From assembly GCA_051047955.1 (NCBI GenBank), contig JBPGPT010000016.1:124001-188000 (forward strand): DNA of 64,000 nt, read 5' to 3'. Source of the stretch: Cystobasidiomycetes sp. EMM_F5. Its lineage: Eukaryota. This document shows, one piece after another, positions 13,058 through 26,113 of the stretch (position 1 is the first letter of the stretch; each line of letters opens with the position of its first letter). The translations under genes were made by a program, and so were the position numbers. The notes beneath the pieces were generated by a model. The model saw only the letters and a program-made list of their open reading frames with translations, had not been told where the DNA came from and did not search any database.

Positions 13058-13532
13058 ATGGTCTCATTCACCTTCATCGCTACTCTCGGCTTTGCTGCCG
13101 CTGCATCCGTCTCTGCTGGCCGCGGTGACCGTGCTCATCGCCGAGCGGAAATCGAAATCTGCCCTACGGCATGCCCGCCGATGGCTAACAACGACTGGCG
13201 TCGCTCTACTGTCTCCTACTCTGGCAGCGATCTGTTCAACTATGAGCACGATGGCAAGATTGGATGGTGAGTAGTCTCCTTAATATTTGTTTCGCATACA
13301 TACTAAGCCTTTGTCTGCAGTGCATACGACATTCCGATTGCTATGACTAATGGCGGCAGTTCTTACATCTGCGAGTACTTCCAACGTGGTAAGCCATTCT
13401 AACTACCAATCCCTCTTATACTATGCTAAATTTTCGATGTTTGCAGGTGGCCATTTGGCTTCTGCCAACGAAAGAGGCATCTGCCCACCTCACTCTGTCT
13501 GCAAGACGTCTACGATTTCTACCTCTACCTAA
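13058..13532 (+). CDS. Small secreted cysteine-rich protein (~120 aa, 6 Cys), 3 exons
   Basis: Signal-like MVSFTFIATLGFAAAASVSA followed by a dibasic RR. Exons join to give CPTACPP...GWCAY...YICEYFQRGGHLASANERGICPPHSVCK. Confidence 0.75.
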
Positions 13533-13799
13533 GTCCGCAGGCTGTGCCTTAGCTTAGTATTCTCCTTCATTTTCTTGTGTACTTCAGCGTCATTCGTATT
13601 CTCTTGTCTCCAATCGCAGCCATTTCTTAATATCAATGCCATCCGTCCTGTTTATTCCAGTCCATGTTGACTATGTTTGAGTAATGTTTGTAGGATCTTT
13701 GCAGGATACCGCAACTTGAAGCTGCCATATCGTCCCTGAGTCTAGTCCAGTCCAGTGTTGTTCGCGGCTTGCCTCTTGTCCGCCCGACAATTCGCAGAT

Positions 13800-14784
13800 A
13801 TGACAGTGCAACAAGCTCAGATGATGGTCCTCGACCCGCGCATAGCGGTCTGGGTTCTGCTGCCCATCACATTCACGTTCGCATACAATATCCACAGCAG
13901 CCGTAGGCACGCGTAGATTGACGAAACATTGCATCACAGAATGTTGCTGGTTGGCCTGGCTAGACATTACCTAGTCTCGTTACTCAACAGTCCGCAGCAA
14001 GCTTTACCTCGGCGAGAGCAACGGGAGCAGCGAGCCTTGATGCGTGGGCAGCTGTTGCGGACTCATGGGCAACATTTATCGAGAGACGACTTTGCAAGTC
14101 GACGCGAACAGCTTATAGAGGCATATAGATCTGGCGTCTTTCTATCAAAGCCCAGAGAGCTCGACGCAAATGGCCAGCCAGTCAGCCAAGCTCCGCCGAA
14201 TCCGTTGGACCCTGCAGCGATGGACGGCATGATGGGCATGGTCAAAAAGCAAGCAGTCATGTTTATTCCGCAGAGCATTCTTATGGGGTGGATCAACCTC
14301 TTCTTTAGTGGCTTCGTCCTTAGTAGGTTGGACTTTGTTGCGCTACAGCATCAGCTGAACATCTCCTGTACAGCTCGGTTGCCATTTCCCCTCACCCTCA
14401 GATTCAAGGCCATGCTTCAACGGGGCATCGATACGCCTGACATGGACGTCACTTGGGTTTCATCTCTGTCGTGGTATTTTCTCAACCTGTTTGGCTTGAA
14501 CAGCATTTATGCCCTCATCCTTGGCGGCGATAATGCAGCAGATCAAACGAAAGACATGCAAGCAGTGTGTACCCTCCATGACCTCTGACGGACTTCCACT
14601 GATGTACCGTCTGTCACGATAGGCGAATATGCCTATGCAAGGCGGTATGCCAGGTGCCCCTGCCCAGGACTATAGCAAGCTATATAACGCAGAGCGTGAG
14701 AATCTTGAGCTCGTGTTGCCGCAAAACCATAAATGGGTTGGCGATGATGTGGAAGACAGATTACTTAAGCTGTTCCCGTCATGA
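13800..14784 (+). CDS. EMC3: ER membrane protein complex subunit 3 (DUF106)
   Basis: LDPRIAVWVLLPI, IPQSILMGWINLFFSGF and LPFPLTLRFKAMLQRGIDTPDMDVTWVSSLSWYFLNLFGL motifs. Confidence 0.95.
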
Positions 14785-14869
14785 ATATCCGGATTGCAGG
14801 CCAAATGTAGGGCTACATGTTCAGACTGTGTCCGCTAGAAGTGCCTTGTGTACAACAACCCCAAGCCTC

Positions 14870-17800
14870 TCATGCGACCAGCGAAGCGATCTCACTCCTC
14901 AGATCGCTCAAGCTGATCTTGAGAGCGCTGGCATCTTCAAATTGACGCCTGGCCTGGGCATCCTCAAGATATCCGCTTACCAAAGCCTCCTGTTCGTATA
15001 GGACAGCAAGTCTGGCTGCACGCTCCTCCTCTTCCCGCTGACTGGTAGTGGAGTCTGTGCGAGTCCGCGTCAGCAAAGCCGGCTTTCCTCCTAAATCTGT
15101 CTTGGCAGGCTTAGGCGGAGGCTTGTCAATCTGCAGTCCACCTAGACTCTTTATCAATGCCATCTTTTCGCTCAGAAACAAGGACGTTCGAGTATATATA
15201 GCTTTCTGCAATCTCTCCTGTCCAGCCGGGGCCAAATTGTTCAAAGACGTGATTGTTGGAGTCGTGGGCGTTGGCGGAGGCAGATCGCGAATGCGTTTCG
15301 CTAGCAGATCATATGAGGCAAGTTCCTGCAATATGCGCTTGCGAGCGCTATTGTAGGCTTTCACAGCGTCCACGGTAACAGGGCTGGCCGTCCTCAATTC
15401 GGCCAAAGTAGGCAGCGCAGCCTCAACTTCGCGCTGAAGATTCATTAGAAACTTTACCTCTGGTCAGCTTCTTATGAGTAGAGTAGCCAATTCATTCTTA
15501 CTTGGTATAGTTTGTACCAGCTCTCGATCAATTTCGGCTGTAGCTTTTTCTGCCGCTTCAAAACGCTATTGAGGCAATCTCTGCAAACGCGAACGCCTTT
15601 CTTGATTTCTTCAGCACGGAGAGCTTCTAATCGCGCCTCGAAAGCGTCCGCGTCTCTTTGGGTGAATCCAGCGCCTGGTGCGGGAACAGGAGTAGGTCCG
15701 TCTCCAAGATCGACTTCCCGGACAATCCCCCGATTTAGGCAGTAATCGGCTCCACCGCTTGCTAGCTGCTTGTCCGCTTCTTGGGCGTTACTGACTGCCA
15801 CACCCATGTGGTCATAACACTCGTATATGATAAAAGTTGAGCATCGGACAGAACGGCTCGGTGTGACAGGCGCGTCTCCTGCTTCCGAGAGTCGTCCATC
15901 TGGAGCGTTGCCGGCTTTCGAATCACCGTTGGCATTAGGTGGGAGGTAGCAGACTACACGACCGCAAAGGCGACAATGATGCTTCCGCGTCACGAGGCTA
16001 AAAGGCACACTGGCAGCAGAGAAGGATTCAGTAAGTTTGACAGACAATCGTGACGCAGAAATACGCACAAGCAGATGGAGCATTTAGATACCTCGGTATC
16101 ATCTTGCCATTTCACTATACTTTGATCCGCTGCTCGGAGATCGCTTGCATTGCCTAGACTGACGCGACTCATGCCTCTGACTACCCCACGTAGCATATCC
16201 GTCGATTTACGGAAACCGCTCTTGCGCGGTGACACAGATCCGATTCCGGTGGATTGAGAATTGACACTCTCTGCCAAAGAGCGATCGCTTCCGGATCGAA
16301 CGATGCCTAGCGGACGCTCGTTATTCAGACTGCCGTCTCCACTCGAATGGCTGTTATCGGATGTCTTCACAAGTGGCGCCTGATCTGGAAAATGTAATTG
16401 AACAAGCTTGTCCAGGCGTCGCAATAAGCGCTCCTCTTCGAGAATGTTTCGACTACTCGCAGTTCCGGCAAGGGAGAACGCAGACGAGTTTGCAGCCTTA
16501 TTTCGCATCGAGAAAAAATCTTCGGTACGACTCCGTCTGACGCCATGCGGCGGCTGATATCCAGGCTTATATGGTGCCTTCTCTGATTGGCGAAAGCTAG
16601 TCACGGAACCCGGCGTGCTTACTCCCGATGGCGGATCGCGCCTTGTCACCGTTCCACTACGAACAGCACCGGTGTGTGAGTTATGCTGCATCAGGCCAGT
16701 ACGAGGCAGGTGAGCATTAGCGTATTCCAGTCGGAGTTGAGCTGCTATGGGGGTCGATGACATCCGTTGCGGGACCAGGTTATTTCTGTTGGGCGTTTCG
16801 TTACTGACACCATGTGGATCAGGTGCTTCACCTTGATTCTGTGCAGCCACTTGTTCTTTGCCATCGCTTATGAGAAAGCTATTCATGCTGACGCTTCGCG
16901 CAGTGGGTGGAATAGTTGTTGGTGCAAGTGATGATTGGCCGGATAACGCTGTACTCCAATTCACACTGCCTGGGTCAGCCAGTTCATTTCGTAACGCCTG
17001 CATCGCCGGCGGCAGTTTGTTCCAGACCGCATTCGCCACGTTGGTCGCCGATTGTGGGAACCGCAAAGGCAGAGGAGATGTAGAGGCAAGATTAATGCTG
17101 TTTACGGACGAATTTGACGCATTCGAGGACGTGGCGTTCACGACCCCGTTGACGTTGCTTAGACCTCGCTGGAAGGCGGAAGACAGTTGGTTGGCAACAT
17201 GCGCAGCATATTGGGCTCCGCTTTGAGGCGTTGTTTGATGCAGCTGTGCAGCTCCCGGTGACGAGGCTACCGAAGAACCAGAATGAGACAGGGTAGGTGA
17301 AGTGACGTACGCTGATGGCGGGATAAAAGGCCGGTATTGCACCGGTTGTGCGGGCTGCAGTGGAGGCGAAGTAGCAGGAGGATTCGACCCGCTCAGCAGC
17401 TGCGTCGAGCGATCCTCGTCAGTAGGTCGCGAAGGTCCTGCTCTTGTAGATATGCCGACGGATGTTGACAGAACTGGCATCTGAGCCATACCTAGCCCAG
17501 CTGGAGATGCTCCTGCTTCATAGCCAGAGAATGACGCAGGACGCGTCTGGCGAGCGGCAGGCGCGACCGACAGAAACGTATGCGAGCCAAGTCGTGGAGA
17601 ATCAGATACAATCGAATTGGGCCTAGGCGACGCAGATGATGCTGAGGTCGTGATAGAGGTCTTTGAAACTGAATGAGCTCTTTCCCGTTCACGTTGGCGT
17701 ACAATGATGCTGTTAGCTGTAGATTCCGAATGTGCGTCAACAAAATAGTCGCCATTGCGTTGATGTGGCATAGGATCATTGCCCAACTCCGTTGACCGTG

Positions 17801-18137
17801 GACTATTGACGCGGCTGCCAGAGAGGTGCTCGTGCGGGGCTGCAGCAGTCGGCTTGACCGCACTATCGTGACCATTCGTCATCCCCGAGATCCCGTTAAC
17901 AGCTTGAGCAGCGTGCGAGCCATTTGCAGCACTATCTGACGATTCGTTAGCGTACGCTACACCAGCAGCATTTTGCGTCCCGCTGCTGCCCAGAACCCTT
18001 GTTGTAGATGTGGATGACCGCGCCAAGTGGTTTATGCGCTTGCCCTTTGCAACAGCAGCAGGATCATACTTCTTGTACGTAACTGTTCTCGCAGTACCAG
18101 CTGACGGTGTGGGAGCCGTCGCTACACCATCCGTCAT
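14870..18137 (-). CDS. FYVE-domain Rab effector, Pep7/Vac1/rabenosyn-5-like
   Basis: WQDD...CSIC, RKHHCRLCGRVVC and RVCRDC form a FYVE finger. The C-terminal EQEALVSGYLEDAQARRQFEDASALKISL helix resembles the rabenosyn Rab-binding domain. Long S/P-rich N-terminus. Confidence 0.8.
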
Positions 18138-18409
18138 ACTGATTCATGTGCATGAAGCGGACCTGACCGGAAGTCGGTAGAATGCTAAACAACTTATCAC
18201 CATCCATGGACATGACTGAAAGCGTTCCCTTACTTTGAATACACCATGCACAACGCCTGCACGAATACAACAACAAAGTGAAAGCTGAAAGCAATTTCGT
18301 GTATGAGCGGTTTGCGGAGATGCCATGGATGCTGGGGGCATGAATATAGAATTAACATGGCGACATGTAGCATGTGGGATGCGAGCATTGTAGCGAGCTG
18401 TTATCGATG

Positions 18410-19142
18410 TCATCGTTGACTTCTCCAGTATAGGCTGAGCGATACGACGAGTACCAGCACGCCGAAAACGAGTAACACCGGCATAATATAGCTGCCATAA
18501 CAGCGAATTTCCGATACCAGGCATTCACGCGAAACCTTCGGAAGGCCTGGTCGGCTCTCATGCTGCAGCGTACCGTAGTTCGATGCATTTGCCCTATAGC
18601 CTACTTCTTCGTCAGGCCGCCGCTTCCCAGCGCTACCCGCCCCAGTCGCGTGATGGTTGAATAAGCGTTGCAAGAAAGGTGCTTCTGCGGGTTCGGCTTC
18701 ATGTTGTTCAGGTGAGTCGCCTGAAGGACCTGTGCATATAGTCATGTCAGGGTCAATTAAATTTCGAATGACATAAATTTCCAAAGCCCCGCTCACTGTG
18801 TTCAGGTGGTTGTGGAAAGCTGGTATATACCTTGCTGTTCTCTCGTACCACTCGCCTAGAACTGGTTGAGCTGGTCCGGCTACTCGCATCGGTGTTCTCG
18901 GAGGTCATGAAACGGTGTGGTGCTCGAGAGCTCTGTCGCTCGCTTTCGAGGGGTGCGAGAGGATTCTGAACTTTCGGAAACCCGTAGCTATCTCTGCGTC
19001 CCATATTCTCTCGCAGGCTATCTCCAGGGAACCTGATGGCTGGGGTTGATAGTCCATGATGGTGTGCAAGAGAAGCCGGTGAACTGAGTAGAGGTGTATT
19101 AGGCGTGGCAGCAGCAGAGTCCGTGCGTCTGCCAGGCGGCAT
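18410..19142 (-). CDS. Hypothetical protein with C-terminal TM helix (tail-anchored candidate), 2 exons
   Basis: ORF 18753-19142 joins in frame via a GTGAGC..CACAG intron to ...EIRCYGSYIMPVLLVFGVLVLVVSLSLYWRSQR*. Confidence 0.6.
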
Positions 19143-19389
19143 CTCTCTTCGTCTTAGAGGAGGGAAGCTGCCAAGAAGCCTGAAGGTCTACTTGTGCGGT
19201 TGTCGTGTCACATGACGTAGGTAGGGTCGGGTCGGAAGAGTATCGATGGCCAATGCACAGGCGGAGAAGGACGCGTAGCATTTTATTTATTACATATTAC
19301 TCATGCGTTCATACTATTACAGATGTATAGTCGTCGACTTGACGTGATTGCTATTCGAGAAAACGCGATAGTATTCGGTAAAGATGAAA

Positions 19390-21615
19390 TCAAGCCCCAC
19401 GAAGCTTTCGCGCAACTTCAGCTAATGTATGAGCAACACCATCCAAAGCGTCGGCTGTGGCATCGCTCCCGTCTTGCCGATTCGGAGCGGCTTTGCTCAC
19501 TTCTGACAGTAGAGCCTCGAGAATGCTGCCTCGACCAGCCATCATTGTTGGATCAGCCGATAGCGCCCCACCACGCTTCGCACCCACGGCGCTAAGACCC
19601 CTTGGTGCAATTGTGACGCGCTGTGGTGCGAGAGATACGCTTGATGATGGCCTCGAGGAATCGAGGATGTGGCTGTGGGAAGTTGCGCTCATATCGATAA
19701 TCCTGGCCTCACTAGGGAAATGATCGCTGGACTTGTCACGAGCATGTCCGACTGCACGCGGAGGAATGGAGACTTGCTTTCTTGGCGGTTCATGAGCTAC
19801 GATACGAGGATATACAGCCTGCCTCAAAGTCACAGGAGCTTTGGCCTCGTCCAAGGCACTCTTGCCCAAGACAGCAGCTTGCAGGGAGATTGGCCTTTTC
19901 GCACGCGGCCCAGATGCATCTTGCAGCGGGACCTGACCAAAAGGTCGAGCGGGGTACGCCAGAGCTTGTCTATTTTCCGTAATACTCGATGGTACGTCAC
20001 AACTGCCAACGCTGCTCTGCCTCGAGTGAGACAGCTGAGCACCGATGCTGGAAGAAGTCGAAGAGTTTGTGCGGTTGCGTTTGTTCGTAGAGCCCGAATC
20101 CAGTGCAGAATCTCGTGATCCCAAGGACTCCGGAGACGTATCCTGCAATGCGCTGCGCAGTGATATCTCGGCAGCCTCCACATACTCGCCCGATGTGTGA
20201 TCACGCACCCGTTTCCGCGAGGCATGGAGCAGGCCATCCGTACTGACATCAATCACCGGTAAGGAGGTGTGCTTAGCAGCGTGCTGCTCGCGTTGTGACT
20301 CGAGACGATGTATAATAGCAAGATCACTTCGATTTGATGCGTCAGGAGGGTCAATATTCATGCCGTCCGACACATTGTCGACCCCAAGCTCGCTTCTGAC
20401 GAAGCTCTCCCTGCGTGGTGTGGACATGGGGAAATGGAAATCAAATTGCGGCGCTCCAGGGGGAACCAGATCTGGATGAGCACTTCTTGCCAGTTGTCTG
20501 CCCGGAGGAGGCAGTATGACCCGTCGGCCTGCAGGATTCATGCCCACTGCTGGAGATCCTTGACGAGATCTCGTGGGCGGAGGTATGAAGCGCATATTAG
20601 CAGAAGACACAGCAGAATGTGTAACATTTGCCTCTGATCGATTACGACCATGTCTAATTCTACGCGCCGTCGGCGAGAATGGCGGTGGGGGAATAAAGAC
20701 TCTGGGCGGGAGGACATCGGATGATGACCTTTTCGCACTGAAGGCAGATCCAATTTCCGATTCACTACGATTATAGCGGTGGCGACGGAAAGAATCGATG
20801 TCCAGCCGAGCAAGTGTTGGCTTACGGGACCCATCAAAAGCCGTTTCTCCGCGTACAGACCCATCGACGGCTGCGCTTATTCCGAAAGTTGATAGCCGCA
20901 GATCATCCAGCACGCGTGGTAGTTCCGCTGATAACGGCATGTCATGAGGCGAGTCCAGAACTCGTATCTTCTCGTTACTTGCCAGCTTTGCCGCTCTCGG
21001 CGTGCCCGGCATGGACTCGTAAGGTAGGCGACGGAGCCAAGGACTTTTTATGCTACGAGCAGAGTTTAGGGAAGCAGCTGCGGCTGCCAAAGCAGGCGAA
21101 TGCAGCCCAAGTCTCATAGGTGACGCAAGGACGTTTGCGGATCGATAATAATTATGGCCGCTTGGTAACGCTGCGCTTTTTGGTACACCTGACATTGGCG
21201 CCGGATGTGCAGGCTCTGTCGTACCTCGCGAGAGAGGCGCAAGCTCAGGAATGGTCTTTGTTTTGTCTGTTTCACGCTGACGCCGCAGCATGAGGAGGCT
21301 TCTGATTCCAGCGTTACATTCGTCCTGGGTCGGAGATACATAGTCGGAGATTGGATCCTCTGCACCGTTGGAGGCCGTCGAGACTGTGGAATCTTTATCA
21401 ACTCTGTCATGCCCAGCGATACCTGAATCAAGCAATCAGAATATGATAAGGAAGCTCCGTCTACATTGCTCACGGTCCATCTTGTTGGCTGCAAGGTCCT
21501 CTGCCGGCGGCGTAGTACACTCGCTTGTGTTTGCATCATCGATGCTGTCTTGGGTGTGCAGACTAGGTCCGGACGCCTCGCTATCGGGTCTGGCAGCTAT
21601 CGCATCCGCTGGCAT
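19390..21615 (-). CDS. Large S/P/R-rich, probably disordered hypothetical protein
   Basis: 681-aa ORF plus an upstream exon starting MPADAIAARPD (ATG 21615), joined by GTGAGC..TTCAG. Contains FIPPP repeats. Confidence 0.65.
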
Positions 21616-22645
21616 CGCTGCAATCTTGCAATTTGCAAACAGCTTTGTCTGCCTTGACCAGGTCGATCTGTCGCTTCTGTTGAAAGGTCGCCTACAGAAC
21701 GATGAAGGTTGATGCAGCGCAGAGCACGCTGCTGTTCAAGGTAGTCCATTCTGGATCTCGATATGGCTGACACCCGAATTCATGTCCCTTTGTCCGCGCA
21801 TCAAAGGGATTTAGGTCTTTCACATATACCCGCAGTCCAGCCGTCCACAAACACGAGTGATGACGAATATCGCCAGAACCAAGGGCTGCCTCAAGCTGTT
21901 CGAAAAACTGATCGCGTTGGGTACACAGAGGTGTCGGAGGATACCTATTGCAGGCAGGCCAGCGTCCCTCGAAAAAAAATAGTGAATTGCGCTAACTGCA
22001 AGCATCATATTCTGCTGTGAAAGTTTGTGGCTCCCGTTGGGGTACATTAGACGAGCTGCTGCAGCCGAACCCAAAAAAGGTACATAGGATCTGTGAGTGG
22101 TCATGCTGCGCTCATTGCGATTGCATAGCAGCATTGATTAGGCACAGTAAAGAATCTGAGACACACCATAGGAAAGGTGCGGGATGTAGGAGGACCGTGC
22201 GAAAGCAAAGCGACATTACATTACACGAAACTCATGTCCTCTATTTGGCGATGCGATGAGTGTGATAGATGGCTTTGGGCAGTAACCGTTTCGCCCTTGT
22301 TGCGATTGGCTGGAAGTTAGATCCAGAGGCACGACGTACGCGTGTCAGTAGTATGCGGGAGGTACTGGAATGAGAAAAGTCGACGTTGTCTACATCAGCA
22401 AGAGAAGCGGTGTATAATCAGTGTACGTACTCCGTTAATCCGTTCTTGTACGGCCGGGCGAGTGAGCGGAGAAATTTGGCCCTTATCTCGAATTGCCGCC
22501 GGGCGCCCAACAGTCCCGCGACTCTCCCCGGCCAGCCTTCTCACCCAAACTTTTGGCCTGCCAACCGCTGCTTTCTAAAGAGCACCGACTCACACACTAA
22601 GTGAAGGCAACACTCACACACCAATCTACGCAAAACCCTGCAACC

Positions 22646-24489
22646 ATGTCTGTCAGCCCAACCGAACACACACCGGCGCTTCTTTCTCGGTACGTTCCTG
22701 CGACACCCGGATTGATAAGAGCGGGCGGGTCTATAATGGGAATACTAACGAGCTTCGTTCTTGCGTTGACTACAGATACCTTGAGGTATGGATCAGCCAT
22801 CGGTTCGCTTTCTGTATCTCTGTGCTGTGCTAAAGTTGCTGGCTTCCCCGCTGTTCATGCCTAAAAATCACAGCTCGACCAGGTTAGCCAAATGTCTCTG
22901 CTTGTGTAGTCATCCGCGTATACTGAATATGCTCACGATGTGACCAATAGGGTGGCAAGATCCAAGTATGTTTGCGTCGCTGCAGTCTGTTCGGTACAAC
23001 TCGCTAACCGAGGCATCGAATCTCTTGCTGTGAACTAGGCAGAATACGTCTGGTGAGCGTCCTATCACCTGCGAGATTTGTCTTCGTTACGCTAACCTGT
23101 TCTTCTTCTAGGATTGACGGCGATGGAGGTCTGGTAGGTTCTAGACCTTTGCCCGAGCAAAGTCTTTTGGTCTTACATGGCAACGGCCTGCCAATTTGCA
23201 ATACTGATTTGTACTACGTTTGCCCTCTCACTCATAGCGATGCAAAACTACCGTAAGTTTTCAGCACCGCCGAATTGCGAAGCGCTTCTCGCTACGTCTC
23301 AAACGCTTATCGCTGACTCACTCGATCCCCTTTGTTCCGCCAATATTCTGTTTGGCCAATGCAGACGATGGACAAAGCGACCATGGTAAGTTACATGCTG
23401 CTTGTCCATCTTGCTTCGCAATTAATCGATAAATGTGCACCAGAACATCGAAGACTTCAAGGAATGGAACTTTGACGGTTCTTCTACTGGTCAAGCAGAA
23501 GGACACGACTCCGATGTCTATCTTCGCCCAGCTGCTGTCTTCCGTGATCCTTTCCGTGGTGGAGAGTGAGTGCATAGGTCCATGTGGTGTAGGTATTCAA
23601 GGGATTCTTACTGAAGCAATAATAAACAGCAACGTCCTTGTCTTAGCAGAATGCTACACTTCCGAGGGGATCCCAGTAAAGACCAACCACCGATACTCGT
23701 GCAAGAAGGCCATGGACGCATCTGCATCTCACAAGCCATGGTTCGGTATCGAGCAGGAGTACACACTCTTCAACAACGATGGCGCACCATACGGATGGCC
23801 AAAGGGTGGTTTCCCCGGTCCACAGGGCCCATACTACTGTGGTGTTGGTGCCGGAAAGGTTTTCGCCCGTGATGCCGTTGAAGCACACTACCGTGCATGC
23901 CTCTACGCTGGCATCAAGATCAGTGGTATCAATGCCGAAGTCATGCCGTCGCAGTGGGAGTTCCAAGTCGGACCCTGCCTCGGAATCGAGATGGGTGACC
24001 ATTTGACCATGGCTCGCTTCCTGCTCTTCCGCGTGTGCGAGGAGTGGGGTATCAAGGTATCATTCCACCCAAAGCCACTCAAGGGAGACTGGAACGGTGC
24101 TGGTTGCCACACCAACTTCTCCACCGAGGAGATGCGTCAAGAAGGCGGAATCAAGGCTATCGAGGCTGCCATTGAGAAGCTTTCCAAGCGTCACATGGAG
24201 CACATTGCAGTCTACGGTGATGACAACGACCTCCGTCTTACTGGTCGTCACGAGACTGGTCACATTGGTCAATTCTCCTCCGGCGTTGCCCACCGTGGCG
24301 CTTCCATCCGAATTCCCCGTGGAGTATCGGCAGAAAAGAAGGGATACTTCGAAGACAGACGACCAGCGTCCAATATCGACCGTCGGTTGTTATTTTCGTT
24401 GCGTATAGATTATTCTGACTTATCTGTTTTGTTCCATAGCTTATCTGGTTACCGAGATCATGGTCCGAACAACCCTTTTGGACGAGTAG
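22646..24489 (+). CDS. GLN1: Glutamine synthetase (GSII), 11 exons including 7 microexons
   Basis: [76 protein letters not shown] and [10 protein letters not shown] motifs. Confidence 0.97.
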
Positions 24490-24777
24490 AGCAAATCAGC
24501 AGGACAACACAAGGTTGTATGTGCGATGGGGCAGCAGACAAATAGCTATGCACACCGTTTCGTGTCAGTCTTCCAGTTGACTTTGGCAAGAGGGATTCCG
24601 GGGCATTCGGCAAAACAAGCGTTGATTCGATCCCTTTGGTGCAAAAGCAATGATTTTGAATCATTCACATGATGCCCGCCGTTTGTGCTTTGACTGCGTG
24701 ACTCTTGTCGATTTCTGCCCGTTTCTATCTCCGCATAATATTGCTTCAGGGGCCTGAAAACGTGACTTTCTTGACCC

Positions 24778-25975
24778 ATGTCGACACCACCCAACCACGA
24801 ACATGGCCCGATAGCCAGTACATCAACCCTGTGCCCTGTATCGCAGGATGCGCTTCAGCCAGTCTTGTCTGAAGAAACCCCTGCTGTTCTGTCCAAGTCG
24901 CAGCAAAAAAAGCGACAACGTGAAGCACAAAGACTAGCTGGCAAAGCGGAACGCCGGGCCAGGGAGAGAGCAGCTCGTAAAGAAAAGCGAGCCGGCAAGC
25001 GAAAGCTAGTCGAAGAGGAAGGCGCGGATCCAGTAGAGCTGGGTCTGGTAAAGCGGCCTCGATATGTCGAACACCCGGAACCATTCGACGCGACAGTGGT
25101 GATTGATCTAAGCTTCGACGACAAGATGACAGACAAGGTGTCCATTCGCAGTCCATGCCGCCCCAATCATCACAATCTGACTGACGTGCGTGTGGCATTC
25201 AGGATATTCGGTCTATGTCCACGCAGCTGTCTCACGTCTATAGCGTGAATCGACAAGCCAAACATCCATTACGTATCATATGTACCCCTCTGGATGGTAA
25301 ACTTGAAGCTCGTATGAGTACTGCCGGTCAGGACCAACATTTGCGTTGGAAAGGCATCGAATTCAGGAGCACCCAGCTTTCGGATCTATGGTCGGCTCCC
25401 GACGGGGTCGATGGCAAAGAAGTCCATAGCGAAGATATTCACACAATAAAGCAAGAGGATGTCGTATACCTGACCGCCGACTCGCCGAATGCCTTACACA
25501 AGCTCGACGAAGGGTCGACCTATATCATAGGCGGCATCGTTGACCACAATAAGTATAAAGTATGTTTGTCTCCAATGAAACACCTGTAAGGGCTGAACAC
25601 AGCCGACGTAGAATCTCTGCTACAATATCGCGCAAGATCTCAAGATCCGGCATGCAGCATTGCCAATTGGCGAATACATTGACATGGCAACGCGCAAGGT
25701 TCTGACGGTCAACCAATGTTTCGATATCATGACCAAGTGGTATGTGAAGTCTCCATTCGAGGCGCATGTTCTGACTTGGGCGTGACAGGCTGGAGTACAG
25801 AGACTGGGAGAAGGCATTTTTCGAAGTCATACCTAAACGGAAGTTTGAGAAGCCGGCCCAAGAAACAGAACGGGCGTCAAGAGATGGAGATGATGAGAAG
25901 CTACCTCCCGAAACGGTCAGCTCCGGCTCTATGCATTCAGGCGAGGTGTCGACGATGCCCAAAGAAATACATTGA
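24778..25975 (+). CDS. TRM10: tRNA (guanine-N1)-methyltransferase Trm10
   Basis: VVIDLSFDDKM, VYLTADS, YIIGGIVDHN, LPIGEYIDM, VLTVNQ and WEKAFFEVIPKRK motifs. Confidence 0.92.
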
Positions 25976-26113
25976 AAGCAAAGGGGATCTTTACGTCTTA
26001 TGCACACTTGCTACATCGTGGCTACCAAATACGAAAATGTTCTCGTTGCACCGATAACGGAATGCTACCTAATTACTAAACTGCGATCACTACATATTTC
26101 GTACTCCTGCTCA

